From contig NMRA01000598.1 of NCBI GenBank assembly GCA_002633005.1, positions 130,198-194,197 of the forward strand: a stretch of DNA of 64,000 nt, read 5' to 3'. Position 1 is the stretch's first letter. Every line of letters begins with the position of its first letter. The position numbers were made by a program, and so were the translations under genes. The DNA is from Phoronis australis. Its lineage: Eukaryota; Animalia; Phoronida. Of this stretch, positions 44,801-59,360 are shown piece after piece. Under the pieces are notes generated by a model. The model saw only the letters and a program-made list of their open reading frames with translations. It did not search any database and was not told the DNA's origin.

Positions 44801-47345
44801 ACATGCTCTTTGTGCAAGTGTTAATTCTATTTTTCTTCCAAAGTAGGCCTAAACTGTTCAATCCAAATACTGCCATGCTAGAACGAAAGGTTACGTGTAC
44901 TAGAAGACGGTGCAAATTTTTAGCTGCTCAGGTACATTTTTGCCCGAAAGGCTAGTACTCTCTTTGCTTCTAAATAACTGGAACCACCTTTCACCTTAAC
45001 CTGGATACGTTGGAGCTCGAGTATCTCAAAAGAATTATTTGCATAATTCTCAGGGAATCTGTGTTATCGATCCACTCACCTTTACATCGCACACCCGCTA
45101 CCTCCGTGTTGTCGCAGTTATGCCTGTTCCACCCTTGGTGACTACACCTATCAATGGAAGCTTCTGTTCCCACACAATGAACATCGTCCATTCGGAAAGC
45201 ACCGTTACCATAACCAAAAACAGGACCTTGTAGTGCGCTAATGGCATCACTGTTAATGGCAAATCAAAATGTTGCGTAACATTTGAACGATTAAAAGTAG
45301 GACTGGTAATTAATCTGTAAAGTAAAATTCCAATCACTAGTACAGTGTTCTGCTGACGATCCAGCCGTATTACGGTGAAAGCAAGATATTGGTGAATGAA
45401 ACAGCGCATGCACAATACACTGAAAATATGAAAGTTCCAAAACCTTTGTTTAGAGACACCTGCTCAAGCTTTCAACTCTATCCCAGCCCGCTTCACCAAT
45501 GCTTCGACCGCATTCGTCTGCGATTTCTCCCTGTCTTACAGGCCGAATTTTAGTGGGAGCTAGCTCCTAACCGTTTTTGAGGTCCAGTTACGAATGTTTC
45601 TTAAAGGAAATTGTTGTTGCCACAACATGCGACAACGTAGATTGATTTAGCAAACATATAAGCAAGACAAACAAGCAAACATTTACGTACCCAAGCCCAA
45701 GTTGCCTGCAGACAACTCTAGCGTCCTTTATGTCCCAATAATCATCACAGACAATGCCCCACCCGCCGTAATTCACCTCCACTCTTCCTTCGGCCTGATT
45801 TCCGCCGCCGGCGAGTCGAACGCGTACAGTGGCGTACCCTTAGATGTAATGGTAATGGCAAGATTATGCATATGTATATACTGCGTGAACTGCTACAGAG
45901 TACCATTAAATTTTGTTTCGTTATATTTTTCGAATTTGCAATTTTAGGTTGGTTAACCCCAAGTCATTGGTAGTTTCCATGATTTTTGGAACCCTATTAG
46001 GGTAAAAGATATAAGACCAGTTTCAGGAAAACGTTTTTTGGCCAGCCAAGCATTGGGAGATACAGTTTTAATTAATTTCAAATCGCTTCCCAGAAAAAAT
46101 AACAACAAATACAAAATGGTTAGCCTGTCTTGTAGAGGTGTACTATTGTTGTTCAGAGAGTGGAAGGCTTCAGATTTAAGACTGTGTATACTTTCTTTCC
46201 GCTACCACCCATCATGACATTGATTTTTACAACGTGCGTATATGATGCATTAACAACAGAATCTACTACCCAGCACATTAAGGTCAAGACATTCCTGAAT
46301 CTAAAGCCTTCTTCTTAAAAAACAACCGTAAATCTATGAAATTAGATTCTGATCTTAACTCCTGCCATTTTTTGTCTTTGTTCATTTTGGCTTTGATGCT
46401 GTGAGTGACTGTGTTGGCGCTCCTGTTTATCTTACTGTTGTGTTTTGTGCCCACTGATGGTGTTTCAAATTAATTCAAAAAGTTTGCACGTGTGTTAGCG
46501 TATGTGTATATGATGTAAATCGGACATCAATGTTGTCGAAGTCTTTGTGATCTGTTTTCTGCGTAATTCATTTTATCGTAAAGTAAAATTTCTCTTTCTC
46601 TGTCACACATCCCTAAAACTTCAATTCTGTTCCAAATCGCTGAAGAGAAGAGCAAAACGGGAACGGTGACAACTATAATTATTCTGAGAAAATTTAATGT
46701 ATATGCATTGGTGGATGATATCAGGCCTTATCGACCGACGGAGAGCAACGTTTTAAAAATGTTCATTACGAAAAATATAATGTAGAAAGCTCTAGAAAAC
46801 ATTATATCTGAACGAGGGAAAGCAGAGACCATTGACTTCTTTACTCTGATTTTTTCGTCTCTTAGTCTGGTTTAGTTTGTTCTTAGCTGCTTTCATGCAT
46901 TGGTTCCTATAACGTCTGGTTGGTAAAATCACGAATAGTGACTACAGATTTCCCTAGCAGCATGAATGAAAGATGGTATTCCATGACCAGGTTAGTCAAA
47001 ATTACGGTATACCGCAAGTTGACAAACAGAGGACAGAAGTAAAGGTGGTCGTGTAATAATTCATTTTATAATACAGTTTTACAATGACAAAATGTCTTAT
47101 ATTGTCGTCCTTGTTCTGGAGATGTAGAGTATGTGGTGCCCTGATGCAGTCGGAACGATACTATGAAATATATGACTCTAAACGACAATCTCTGCAAAGA
47201 CCTGAGGCGTCAGTTTTCTGCATCTCGAATTGTGATACTCAATTAGTTGTATTCTTTCCCTTAAAAAGTGGTTTCCATTTTTTCCATTTTGTGTCATCTC
47301 GTCCACTTAAGCACACCCAGACACACACACACAGACACACACACA

Positions 47346-47414
<69 letters not shown>

Positions 47415-47799
47415 CAACCAAGCAAATTTTATGTACTTGGGTGCCATTAAAATAAAAATCAACTGATACCGGCTAGACATTTTCTATAAATATGCACTGA
47501 ATTTCCTGATACAAAACGTTAAATAGCGTTTTAAGTTAACTGTTGACAGAAAATCACTTGAAATTCACACAATTTGTCATATCTTTTATCACCTAGCTGA
47601 ATTTTCCACTACGTCATACTTGGGTATACGGAAGATAAGTCCTTGGTATAAAGTTATGTAATATGATATCTATGCCCCAGGTATGATCAGCGGAACGTAC
47701 ATTTTGAAACAGATCTATGCTGTTGCTCTAAAACCCACCTTGGTCGACCAGCAGACAATAGACAATAGATGCCACTAGCATCTTGATTTTAAGCCGCAT
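41862..47799 (-). CDS. Secreted SRCR-TSP1-(CBM14-like)x4 protein, copy B (444 aa)
   Basis: Exons 47799-47739 ([21 protein letters not shown]), 45838-45691 and 45249-45080 (SRCR), 44306-44139 (TSP1), 42649-41862 (four 62-68-aa [26 protein letters not shown] repeats, TGA). The frame is intact (1335 nt). Confidence 0.9.
43457..43590 (-). pseudogene. Decayed TSP1 exon inside copy B
   Basis: Reads [44 protein letters not shown] with an internal deletion, a stop, a frameshift and an acceptor changed from AG to AA. Confidence 0.8.
47321..47412. repeat. (CA)n microsatellite followed by (TA)n
   Basis: About 40 CA units with two interruptions. Confidence 0.98.
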
Positions 47800-47904
47800 G
47801 CCCTGACAGATCTGAAACGAGCGAATATGTTTGTTTGAATTCTAGCTTTAATTGTGTAACTGATAAAGCACAAGCTTTGTCTTTGTTTACGATATAAGTG
47901 TTAC

Positions 47905-48040
47905 CTTCCTTGTAATACTCCCAAAAGTATAAATATGGCAATCACTCGTGACTGCCTGTCCCTCAGTGGTCCCGGCTACTGCGGTAGCTGAGCAAATAGT
48001 CTAGTTAATAGACGAGGTCATGAGATTTGGCAAGTGTTTA
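47905..48040 (-). promoter_or_regulatory. Copy B core promoter and first (5'UTR) exon
   Basis: TATTAA (48005-48010), Inr-like GCAGT (~47980), donor AAG|gtaac at 47905, AGGTCA at 48015-48020. Confidence 0.6.
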
Positions 48041-50422
48041 TAAAATCGATAGCAAAGTTACAAGGCTCGTTGTAATGAAAGGTAACTTTTACATGTTCCT
48101 GTGATTACGGTTAACCCTCCACTATCACTTGGGAATGTGTCAAACTGATGGATCAAAATGTGTACATGATAGTCACAACGTCAACAATGTCTATCTGTTG
48201 TAACACTTGAGTAAGGTAGGGCCAACAATGTTGTTCGGGAAGCTGAGAAAGAAATCGAAAATGGCTAATATCAGTAAAATTTAGACTGCAATTGCAATGA
48301 TGTGCCAAGAATTAATTTTACTTTGTATCCATCAAAGGCTAAGTAACAGTATAAATACTGGCAGTGTGGTTGACATGTTGAGAACGTGGCCACCACCTTG
48401 CTAATTACTGGATATTTACCGACAACATCGGCACTTTATAACGTGGACAAAAAAGAGCATACTACTTACTGTTTCTTGGGAAAAAATCGAGTTTGTGACA
48501 ATCCTGTTGGGAGTGGTATCATTTTAGCCATTTGACAACCCAGTCGATATCTTTTGAAAAATACTGATTTGACTGGAACAGGCCTTGGTCTCCTATCCAT
48601 TTACATGAGGTACGACCATGAATTTATTCACTATATATTATTTTAATATTAAAATTATACAAAATGATGGTCGAAACTGTAGCCTCATGTATTTTCCTTC
48701 GTACGCAAACGTTATCTGCGCATGTGCCAACCTAAGTCAAACAGCCAATCGTTCTCCAGTTTGAAAGTCACCCGTATGACTGAAGTTCGCACTGGAGCAG
48801 AAAACGTTCACTTCCGAAAAGAAGGGGAATTTGAGGCTCTAAAAAAACAGAAGTGCAGCTCTCCAATTTCGTAGCCTTAACTTATACCTCAGGTCTGCGC
48901 ATGAGCGAACATCAACCAGAGCAGCAAATAAAGGGATTTGACCGACAAACGTGTTAAATTAATGACTATACAACTATAATACCTCAAAAGATGTATTTGA
49001 CGCCATTTTCTGTGCTCAATTGGCAACCAAAAATGCGCATTTTCAGTTGAATGTCTATTTTTTGCATAAAATACCAGACGTTTGATCTTCATTGTTATAA
49101 ATTTTATTCACCGTCTACAAATTCTAGGAAACATTTTGTTACAGCTTGCTATATCTTTACAAATGACTTAGTTTGAGTTTGGGTACTTAAATTAGGTAGT
49201 ACGACAAAACCAGAGAGGTAAATTTCATTTCCTTGAAAATTCTTGTTTTGGATTGGAGTTAAAATATTACACATGCCTAAAAGTGTTGAATATCTCTTAT
49301 CTATGAATTAGTCGTGCTACCAAATAAGGTCATTTTAAGATGAAATTTGTGCATTTTTCAAGCAGAAAAAAGACGGAGAAGTTAATAAGTGTATTATGGT
49401 GGCTGGTATCGTTTGAGGTGGATATGAATCCGATTGTAAAATTATAGCCAATTCTAGAACGGGTCATGTAGAAATTTTCTTTGATTCCATAGGTTCCATC
49501 AGAAATTGATACTTAATATTTGTACAGAATCTAACTCGAAACTTTGCATGACATTTTCCGCCCTACTGTTTGTGTGGCTATTATTATATGTTCGAGTACA
49601 TTATTGTTAAGGAACACGATTTTGGGATGAAAGCTCGCATCCGATCGCCGTCGAGCTACAAACTAGAGTAAAAACTCGAGATTCAGAGTAAAAAAGACGT
49701 CTTGAGTGCGGATTTGAACTTGTAGTTTTAATGCTGGTTTTCGTTCCATACCTTCGATAAAGCAAATTCCTATTGAGCACAAGTTACTCGATTGCTTACT
49801 TTTTATTTAAGCCATCTTTTACTTTAAATGTCAATTGATTTTGCGTTACCTAATTAAATTAATCACCACTAACAACTGAATTGCGGGAGTCGTTTTTCAG
49901 AATCTTGGCTCAATAAAAGTCACGGGGAGGAGCTATCGTTTATAGGTCAATAGTGCACGCAACTGAGAAACCGATTTTCAAGAAACAAATTAACATTGAG
50001 AATAGAAATCGAGTGTCTATGGTAAAAGTGCTCCGCGAGCAAGCGGTCGAAGTAGTAAAACGCCAAGTGTCAAATAAAATTAGTGAATTTGAATGAGAAC
50101 GTGGCGTTTATTCAGTTGACTTTTTTAACTGCCTTCACAATTATTTGGACCGAAAAATTTCCGGATCCACGGAAATGAGAGTGTGGTTAAAATCTTAAAA
50201 GCTGTTGGTATCTATACTTGTCATATTAAATTCCATTCAATGTTGCGTAGGATTTTGACGAGACCACTGAATGTAGCTACATGAGCTTGAGCTCTCAGTC
50301 AGTGGAAGAGGTAAAGAAAGGTAAAACATAAAAGTATTAAAACTTAGTGACATACGTTTACTTTGGTCTGTGGTAAATTGAAGTGCATCAGTATGAACTG
50401 TGGTGCATTGTTTTTTGTTCAG

Positions 50423-50822
50423 GGCCCGGTCTCTAATCTTTGTACTCGAAACGAACTCGAAACTATTTTTGGCAATTTCTCTGCTCCTTTTATGCAAACT
50501 TAAGATAATTGGTAACCAGACTGTGCTCGAATACATTATAGTTTATGCAAGGAGTTTCTAGTTCAAGTTTGCCCTTGAAGACCCTTATATTTGTGCTACA
50601 AACTCGAGTAAAAACTCGAAATTTCGAGTTCAAACTCGAACTTAATGCTTTAATATTGGGTTTACAAACTGTGAACTAAGGGCAATAAATTATCTACGTA
50701 AGTTATTGTGTACTCGAGCATAGAATAATTGACACTTATCTTGAGTTCGCCCAAAAGTAGAGTAGAAAATGCCAAACCTAATTTCGAGTTCCATTTCGAG
50801 TAAAAAGATTGGAGACCGGGCC
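50423..50822. mobile_element. PIF/Harbinger-type MITE
   Basis: TIRs ggcccggtctctaatcttt / aaagattggagaccgggcc; 3-bp CAG TSD on both sides; internal aaactcga repeats; related relic at ~49650-49780. Confidence 0.85.
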
Positions 50823-52258
50823 CAGATATTTTTAAAGGCTTTTATTAAACGTGAAAGTTGGCTAATTCTCTGATCAAGAGTGGTGACAAAGTTGAGTTGT
50901 TTTTTATAAAGAGTTTTGGGGCAACAATCTTTTTGAAGTTACGTCAATCCAAGAGATAATAAATAATAAGACTCCAACTTCAAAATTCGTGGCGATTCAT
51001 GTTCTCAGATTATTGAATTTTGTCTGATTATTTTTGCAGGCAGTCTTAAAATTATTAAGACCATAGAAAAATTTGGATAACATTGGAACATCTTATCTGA
51101 AAAATGTGTGCTCTGATCAAATGAAACTTTCAGGTACCTCGCTTTATGATTTTTCTTCAAAAGGCTCTTAAGGAATTTTACGACATTCAGGGCCGAAAAC
51201 AAAGTATCATTCTATAAAAATAATGCAGTTTTCAATATCCCATGTTGAACATTTATCTCAAATAACATTTGGTCATGTTACTGTTGTACATATTTTCCTA
51301 TCAAAGTTCATGACCTTTTGAGTTAAATTTTACTAAAAAAATATGGTAACGTGTCCCACTTACTGGTAGATTTGTAAGTGTTAACCGTTTCATACTCAGT
51401 CCCACCAGGCAATAGTGACGCCCAGGAAAGAAGACTGTAGTGAAAATCCTCTTCCCGCACACATACGTGCACGCACAATCAGAAAAAGGTGTCATCTACC
51501 AGTCTATTTTCTGGTGTTTCTATCCAGAGTTTAAAGTTGAAAAGCTTGCCATCTTCTACCCGCCTTCCGTGTTTATAACTTGACAAGTAAAATTTGGGCT
51601 GCAATGGATCCTATGCGACTTTTTGGACTAACCATCAGGGTATAATAGAAGACTGGAGTGGGCAATTGCGTACTACCAACTCGAGTCAATATTTCTGTTA
51701 CCCCTTCATTTTTTTCGGTCTCGGATGAGCATTTTGGCTTTGTGGTATCGTCTTGGCAAAATATCTGTTATATACACAAATAACATCTCGAGTATGGTTT
51801 TACGTCACTTGGTATTGTGAGTACTTATTTTCACGGTCATGGCTTGGATTTGAATGTTCAGCGGTACTTCCAAGCTAGTGTAGAGAAGCCCAGTTTCACA
51901 GAATGGCTGGGAGATAAACTTAATCCAAAGATTGTGCGACAAGAAGAGATCCATATGACTCAGTGCATAAATAAAAGAACTCGTTAAATATGCCTACTTT
52001 TATCATTATTCCACATATCGACCGAGACCGAGGATCGATGTCGATACGCGGAATTTTGTCTCGTGGGATATTACTTCATCTACGTCACTTTCTGTACGTT
52101 TTGTGTGTGTTTTTTCATTGCATGTCTTACATCTGTAATTACACCACTGAAGAGGCTATGACTCAAAATACACAAGTCACCCTCGTGTAACTATTGTTCT
52201 TTATTGTTACTAGAGGATCAATAATAATCCGACACCTCATTAGCAATATATACTAAAC

Positions 52259-53079
52259 CATAGGCGGATTTGGGGGGGGGGCCCGCCCCCCTGTCTGCCG
52301 CAAAAAAAACAGCAAGAGCGTAGGGCAATGTTGAGTTTATTAATTAACCCCGGTAATTAACATTATACGGCGGAAACAAGATTTAAATGTGTGCAGTTTT
52401 AGTGTGTTTGGAGGGAGGGCTCAAATCCAATTCAAGTGTCAAATTCGGAACACGACTCAGTCGTAACGAAACTATGGCTAAGTATACTAGGCTCTCCCGC
52501 GATATCCCAGGCGACCGGCAGTGGTACTGCGCACTACGATTCCGTTTCCGTCGTCTGCTTCACTGTGCAATGAAGAAAATTACTTCATTTTTTTAAAGAA
52601 AATGGAATCTGAGTGACGATGAAAAAACAGAAGCTGCTGGTAAGATGTGAATTTTAATCGAAGCCTTAGTGATCCACTCAGAAACTCATAATTCTCTCTT
52701 TGTCAAACCTTAACTTAAGACGATTTCCAAAGCAATCGCGTCATTAATGCCAACACAAAATACGGATGTGGTCTTTTGGGCAATTGAAAACTATTTTAAA
52801 TACCACTAATTTGTTACGAACTAATTTCACAAAATATCCGTCAGGTCGTGAATTCGAGTCTGTGATAATTGCAGTTTTTCATGTTTGACACGTTCTCTGT
52901 GTTTTTTTTTTTTCTTTGCCGTTTTTTCTTGGATATTTAGAGGAAAAACAGAAAAAAATAACTGGGTGGGAGGGGGGCAAACCTCTCCCATTCGGTGCTA
53001 TGCGCATCTAATCGTGCTTTGCAAAAATGTTTTCAAACAAAATGTTGGCCCCCCTTGTGATATCCTAGATCCGCCACTG
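52259..53079. mobile_element. Non-autonomous DNA transposon with 5-bp TSD, downstream of copy C
   Basis: Imperfect TIRs cataggcggattt / agatccgccactg flanked by taaac on both sides. The paralogous site in copy A (~27755) has a single taaac (gcat-taaac-atttgttgactatg). Confidence 0.8.
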
Positions 53080-53222
53080 TAAACATTTGTTGACTATGAT
53101 GAATTCATTGTCACATTTCAGGCATTACATCGTCTAATTCAGTATCTGCATTTCTGTCGTTTAAATTTGGTCCGAAAATCACTACCCCTGTTTTGTACAC
53201 GTATAACCACAAGCCCCCGCAT

Positions 53223-56200
53223 TCAGACGGCGCACTTCACAGCAACGGGACGTTCACAGTCGCACGACTTGGTGCTGAATAGCAGACCTGGCGGGCAGTC
53301 TTGAGTGGTGGGAGTCTGTCCGTCTGCGGATTGTTGGAATTTGGAGCAGCCGTTTTTCGGTACGTAGTGGTTTACATCGCCATTGATCGTCTTGTCACAG
53401 TACAGAGGGTCTACAAAAGCCAAAACAAACATTAGTGATTATCCCCCTCTCTGTTTTTAATTAAAGGAGCCATGAACACGCATTACGTCACAAAAAAGAA
53501 CTTTCGACTTAGACCTCTTAAGGTTATCAAACTAGTCTCGAATTGTTTATCAGTAAAAAGATGTGATTTGTGGGTTTGAAGAGAACTGTTCGTTATTCGT
53601 TCAGACCAGGCCGCTCCAAGTTCACTTGTCAGTACAGTGTTCGCCGAGCGTAGTTTCGAGCATAACGAACCGCAGCGTCTTTACAAGACCAAAAATAACA
53701 CCTCGTCTGAGTAAGAGCGAGTGGAGACTAATTTTTATAGCAGATTCATGGCCGTTTTAAACTTAAGCAATTGTGATATACGGTCTATTTCCGTATTTAC
53801 TGATTCCGATTATTCACACAAGTAACCTATTTTTGGAGAAATAAAAATTAACTTTTTTGCTCAATCATATAATTCAGTTAACTGATACTTCCAATTCCCA
53901 AAGAGTATCCTGGCACTCAATGAGAATCCGAAGCCAGAAAACGTCTTCCTGTTAATCAATCTTTTTACTGATAAACAGTTCGAGACTAGGGGCCCGTTCC
54001 AACAAAACTGACTTAGCTAAGACTATTCCTAAATTTTACTAAATTTTAAAATAAAAGTTCAATTTGTCTCAAAATCATTTCAAGAAAGAGATATTAAGCT
54101 TGATTTAAGTGTTTGACGTAGGTTTTGGCTTAATTTTGATAAATTTACCAGATATGGAAGTTTCAAAGTTTGGAAGTTAAGACAAATCTTAGACTTAAGT
54201 CAATAATGAACTTAAGTCAGTTTCTTGGAACGGGCCCCAGTTTGATAACCGTGAGAGCCGGACACTTTCAATAGTGTTTCAAAATCGTGAAAACAGAACG
54301 AGACAAAAGACACACTGCTTCACTTCCTATACTCTACTTACCCGGGCAAATCGTTGTGCTGCACGTTTGCTCCTCCGTACTATTTCCTGCACAGTTCGCT
54401 CCTCCGTTCAAGGGGGCTGGGCTATCACATCGTCTCGTCCTTGATTGTTTCCCTCCACCACACGTCACGCTACAGGCCGTCCAGTCAGTCCAGGCAGACC
54501 AGCCGCCGTCAACTGCAAATAGAAATCAAGCTGAGCGTGCCCGTTGAACCAGACTTTGCTAAGTGAATTTAAGCGGTGCTTAAAAATGGAAAACATCTCA
54601 AAGAAGCGCTGGCGTGAAGCGCAGAAAAAGACGTGTGTTCATGGTCCACATAGTTTTCAAGTCAAATGCAGCGCCATCCTTAGGAAATTCAGTTCATGTT
54701 GGGTCTCAAGGTTGTTTTCCTTTCTTTTTTACAATACGGAGGAGTTGCGTTCTTCTCATTGACTGGTTCAACGCTGGGAAATTTTCGCCGCCACTTGGAT
54801 TTCAGCCAGTTTGCTTTTTTGGCTAATACTTAAGCGCTGCGTGGTTCCACTCCAAACTATGAAGTGCGAAAACCACGGTTTTCAAAAATGGCGCCGCTTG
54901 GCATTTTTTAGACATACATGTACATTATAACAGGCAAATGTGTACACTGAACGAAAACGATCGCATTAATCCCTGCAGTACCAGAATCGAGCAAGTAAAT
55001 TTCCAGTGGACTTGGAAAATTTTATGGGGAAGCATGGCTCATTTGCCCCAGCGCCCAAATCCCGCCATTGAATGTAGAGTTTTCAGGTTACCTGGGCTGC
55101 ATTCTCCTGAATTACACGATGTAGTCTCTCGACCCTGTCCAGGACAAGATGCTCCACCATTGAGAGGAGCGGGACTGTTACATGTCCTTGTTCGGGATTG
55201 TATTCCTCCGCCGCAGGTCACGTTGCAGGAAGTCCATGAGCTCCAGGCGGACCAACCTCCGTCAACTGAGTTAGACCCTAAAAATGTTTTTAATCATTTT
55301 TAGCCCATGTAGCTCTCAATCTGACCAATATTGCATGCATGCATGTACTCGCTGCGATGATTCCGTCTTCTTATTTTCCAATACAACAACAGTTCCCTGG
55401 ACCACCGCTCTCATTGAACCAGCCTTGTAAGGCCGTTAACTACCGACTCTTTCAAGACTTTCCTTTGCTATTACGTACAAAATAATCCAATCAAGCTCGT
55501 GTTATCGATCCACTCACCTGTACATCGCACACCCGCTGCCTCCGTGTTGCTGCAGTCATGACGATTCCAACCTTCGTGACTACATCTATCGATGGAAGCT
55601 TCTGTTCCCACGCAGTTAACATTGTCCATTCGAAAAGCACCGTTACCATAGCCAAAGACAGATTGTTGGAGTGCGCTAATGGCATCCCTGTTAACGATAG
55701 ATTTAAATATTGCATATTCTTTGAACCACTAAAATAGGACAATGTGTCACGTGAAATACGAATCTTTAGTGCAGTTTTCTACCGGTCACGCAGCCGTTAT
55801 ACAGTCAAAGCAGGAAATCGGTGAATGAAAACAAATCCCAGACAATATACTGAAAATTAGGAATTCGAAAATATGTGTTTAGGGTACACCTGTGCCGTTT
55901 TTCAACATTACTCCCTCAGCCTATACTTCGCGGTCGTCAGCGACTTCTCCCTCAGTCAAATAGGCGGATTTTTCGTGGTCCCAACTGGATACGACCAAAA
56001 ACGGCACCGGCTTGCGAATTTTTGTTGCCACCCCTTGCAGCATTACCGATTAGACAAACAAATTAGCAAAACAAACCAACAAACAAACATATACTTACAC
56101 AAACCCAAGTTGTCTGCAGATAACTCTAGCGTCATTTATGTCCCAAAAATCATCGCAGACAATGCCCCATCCGCCGTAATAGACTTCCACTCTTCCTTCG

Positions 56201-58178
56201 GCCGGATTTCCGCCACCGGCGAGTCGAACAGATACATCGGAGTAACCTTAGACGTGAAGGTAATGGCACGATTATTGGTATAAATCTGCTACGTTATCTG
56301 CTATGTGAAACCATTTGTTAAAAGGATACTAAACCCTGTTTTGATGATTTCAACCAATTCTCGTTCTCTCACCTGCTAATGCATCATTGGCCTCAGTCCA
56401 TGAATCAACTAAAGACTCATATCCCTTATTTCACAAACTGGACATTATTGTCCTTGGGGGGTGTTTTTCCCCAGGTTTCCGTGTAATTCACTAAAAGCAT
56501 AGGCCACGCACTTGTTGTAAATCTTACATCAGTCATTGGCAAAGCGCTTGTTATCTGTTTTCTAAATGCTTCATTTTGTAAAAATTCTCTTCCTCTGCCA
56601 CATATTCATAAAACTTCAAATGTCTGTTCCATAACACCCATAAGAAGAGTAAAAAGGAAATGATGACAACTGAAACTACACTGAGACAGTAAAATGCATA
56701 TGTGTACAGAAAATCACGCAGCATGGCTCAATGGTAACATTGTATACATGACGTATCAACAACATCATACTCTGAGGTGAACCACGACTGCACCAATTCG
56801 GGTTTATTCTGTTTACTTATTCAAGTCCATTTATATATCTCATCCATGCAAATTTACATGTGCATTTGTGTTATTGACAAAATAACACGTTCAAAGTTAA
56901 CTTTTAAGAGGGCAGATAGACATTTTCTATAAGTACACAACGAACTCCCCCACAAGCTCCACCATCGCAGTATACTGAGACGAAGGTAAAAGAACATTTT
57001 AAGACATCTGTTTAAACGTTTGACAGAAAATCACAACAAATCCCATCTTGTCACATCTTTTGCCGCTCTAACTGGATTTACCAGCATGTGAAACAGATAG
57101 GTTATCCCACATTTCATCTGGTAGCGTCCCAACGAGACCGAAGGTAGGGGATAGGATTTTTCAGTAGTATTCCTATGTATGTAGGGTAACCTTTTTATCC
57201 CATATATATATGAGCTCATTTGCATCGCGGCGATATCTTTTGTTGTCATTTGCTTCGGCATGTTGTTATATGACGTCAAGCGACAAGATCATCTGCGAAA
57301 TTGTTGAATAACTAGTAAAGTTTTATTAGTTTTCGTGTCTTAGCTTCTGGAATGGAAATAGTTATCTAATATTTATTTCGTTTCGATCACAGCACTGGAA
57401 AATAAAGATAGAAACTGTGCTGATTCGCATAACTTAGAACAGTGTCGCAAAAAGCAGATTTCACGCTACCATCGAGGTAGAGGTTTCGGAACGCTGCAAG
57501 CAGACGGTTGTGTCAGTAAAAAAACACATACTCGTTATTAGGTCGCAGTTTCTTGTAGATATCTTAGTTTTCAGTGTAGAAAAACTCTGTGCATCAGTAA
57601 CAAATCGGTTTCGTTTGATTACAATTAGACTTTTGTTTTATTTTTTGGGGGTACGCTTTTCAGGGAATTGGCCAATTTATGGTGACCTAGATTAAAACTA
57701 GTGAGGCTAAAAATATCTATCTGATCACAGTGCGTCGGAATTTCGGTAAATCTTTGCTGAAAGCTTTTAGTTTTTAGAGAAGTAAATCTGTTTTTCAAGA
57801 ACGACGTCTTAGATCAGTGTTTTTGGTAACTCAAATGAACCAGCCCAATCAAATTTGCTGCCGTTCATGGGTATTTACTCCGCCAGGAGACTCTTCACCA
57901 ATCGTGAAATACGGCCTCTATTGTGCCTTTACTTTCTCGTATTTCACGGCATATTTCACGGCGTATTAAATGGCAGTGTTTACATATATATAGGATAACT
58001 GAGTATACGGAAGCAAACCCTTGGTGTGAAGTTACGCCGGTAGCACGGCACCTAAGCCCTACGCATGATCAGCGAAACATACATTTTCAAATAGATCATC
58101 TTCGCTCTAAAACCCACCTTGGTCAATAAGCAGGAGAGCGACAATAGATATCATTATCATCTTCATTTCGAACCACAT
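53223..58178 (-). CDS. Secreted SRCR-TSP1-TSP1-CBM14-like protein, copy C (303 aa)
   Basis: Exons 58178-58118 ([21 protein letters not shown]), 56246-56099 and 55687-55518 (SRCR), 55265-55092 and 54512-54342 (TSP1), 53410-53223 (CBM14-like, TGA). The frame is intact (912 nt). Confidence 0.9.
53990..54237. mobile_element. PIF/Harbinger-type MITE in an intron of copy C
   Basis: TIRs gggcccgttccaacaaaactgactta / taagtcagtttcttggaacgggccc; flanks tag/cag; absent from the equivalent intron of copy A. Confidence 0.85.
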
Positions 58179-58279
58179 GTCCTGAGAGATCTGAAACGAG
58201 CGAACATATTAGCTTGAAATCCAGCTTTAGTAGTGAAATAAATCACAATCTTTGTATTTGATTCAGAAATAATAGTTAC

Positions 58280-58415
58280 CTTTCTTGTGACACTCCCAAA
58301 AGTTTCAATATGGCAATTGCTTGTGGCTGCTTGTACCTCAATGGTGGCCTATTCTGCGGTAGCTGAGGGAATAGTCTAGTTAATAGACGAGGTCATGAGA
58401 TTTGGCAAGTTTTTA
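58280..58415 (-). promoter_or_regulatory. Copy C core promoter and first (5'UTR) exon
   Basis: TATTAA (58380-58385), Inr-like GCAGA (~58355), donor AAG|gtaac at 58280, AGGTCA at 58390-58395. Confidence 0.6.
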
Positions 58416-59199
58416 TGAAACAGAGTAAAGCGGCAGGGTTTGTTTTAACGAAAGACAGATTTTTGCATGTTTATGTGATCAGAATTAACCCCCCACTGTA
58501 ATATGGGAACGTGTCACGCGGACGGATGGAAATATGTAGGAGAGGGTCGCAATGTAGAGAATATTAATTTCCTACTTGAATTAGGGTCAGCAATGTTGTT
58601 CGTGACAGAAAGCGAAAATTGGATGTTAAAAGCGAAAATTATTGAATGTAAGTAAAAGTTAGACTGAATGAAAATGTTCAAGGTTATGTAGAACCCTTCA
58701 ATGATGTCCAAATGGGACTTAACTCGAATCAATCATTCCTAAGAAATGGTTGATCGAATTCATATAAAACTTTCAGGTACCACGCTTGTTCATAGGAGTT
58801 TTAAAATTTTCATGAGAAAACGATGGCAAGCCTAAGACGAAAACGAAATGAAATTTTTGAAAACTTTAACAGCGTTATTGGGAGTTAGTCTTCAACATTT
58901 ATATCGAAAACAATTTGATCAAATTATCGATATGTTTGGTTTGCAATCAATGTACCTTTCTTTTTCACTAAATTTTACTTTGAAGACGTGGTCACGTGAC
59001 CTAACTAATGTCAAGTTGGTGAAAAGTCAAAAATCAAAATCTGCGCGCTTTCTTCTTCAAAATGTATACTTTATACATTTAATCAGTCTAAAATCTACAG
59101 TTTTGTAGGTATTAGGGTGGTGTAGGACGCACTAAAAATGTATGAACATATTTACAAGCGGTCTGGTACACGTTGTACCAGACGTGCGCAGGTCCCTTA

Positions 59200-59360
59200 T
59201 GTGGTCCCATTGCACTGATCACCAGGAACCATTTTTATGCTTTATTAATGTCTTAAGGAGGTAGAGACTTGACTCAAGGGTGTAGCAGTGTGCCACAGTG
59301 AGCCTTCAACCCATGACTTTGAGTAAAGGAAGCAGACACTCACTAGATCACACTGCCTTC
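59200..59360 (-). mobile_element. Old SINE relic
   Basis: cttgactcaaggg..caacccatgacttt..ctagatcacactgcc resembles the reverse complement of a tRNA-derived SINE head; highly degenerate. Confidence 0.35.

Noticed and set aside
46500-46682. Hydrophobic exon-like segment in an intron of copy B (homolog at ~56560-56680) as a TM exon
   Set aside because: Acceptor-like CAG is conserved, but frames hit stops, phase is incompatible with the signal-peptide exon and no usable donor was found.
47084-47455. His/Thr-rich ORFs
   Set aside because: Translation of the (CA)n microsatellite.
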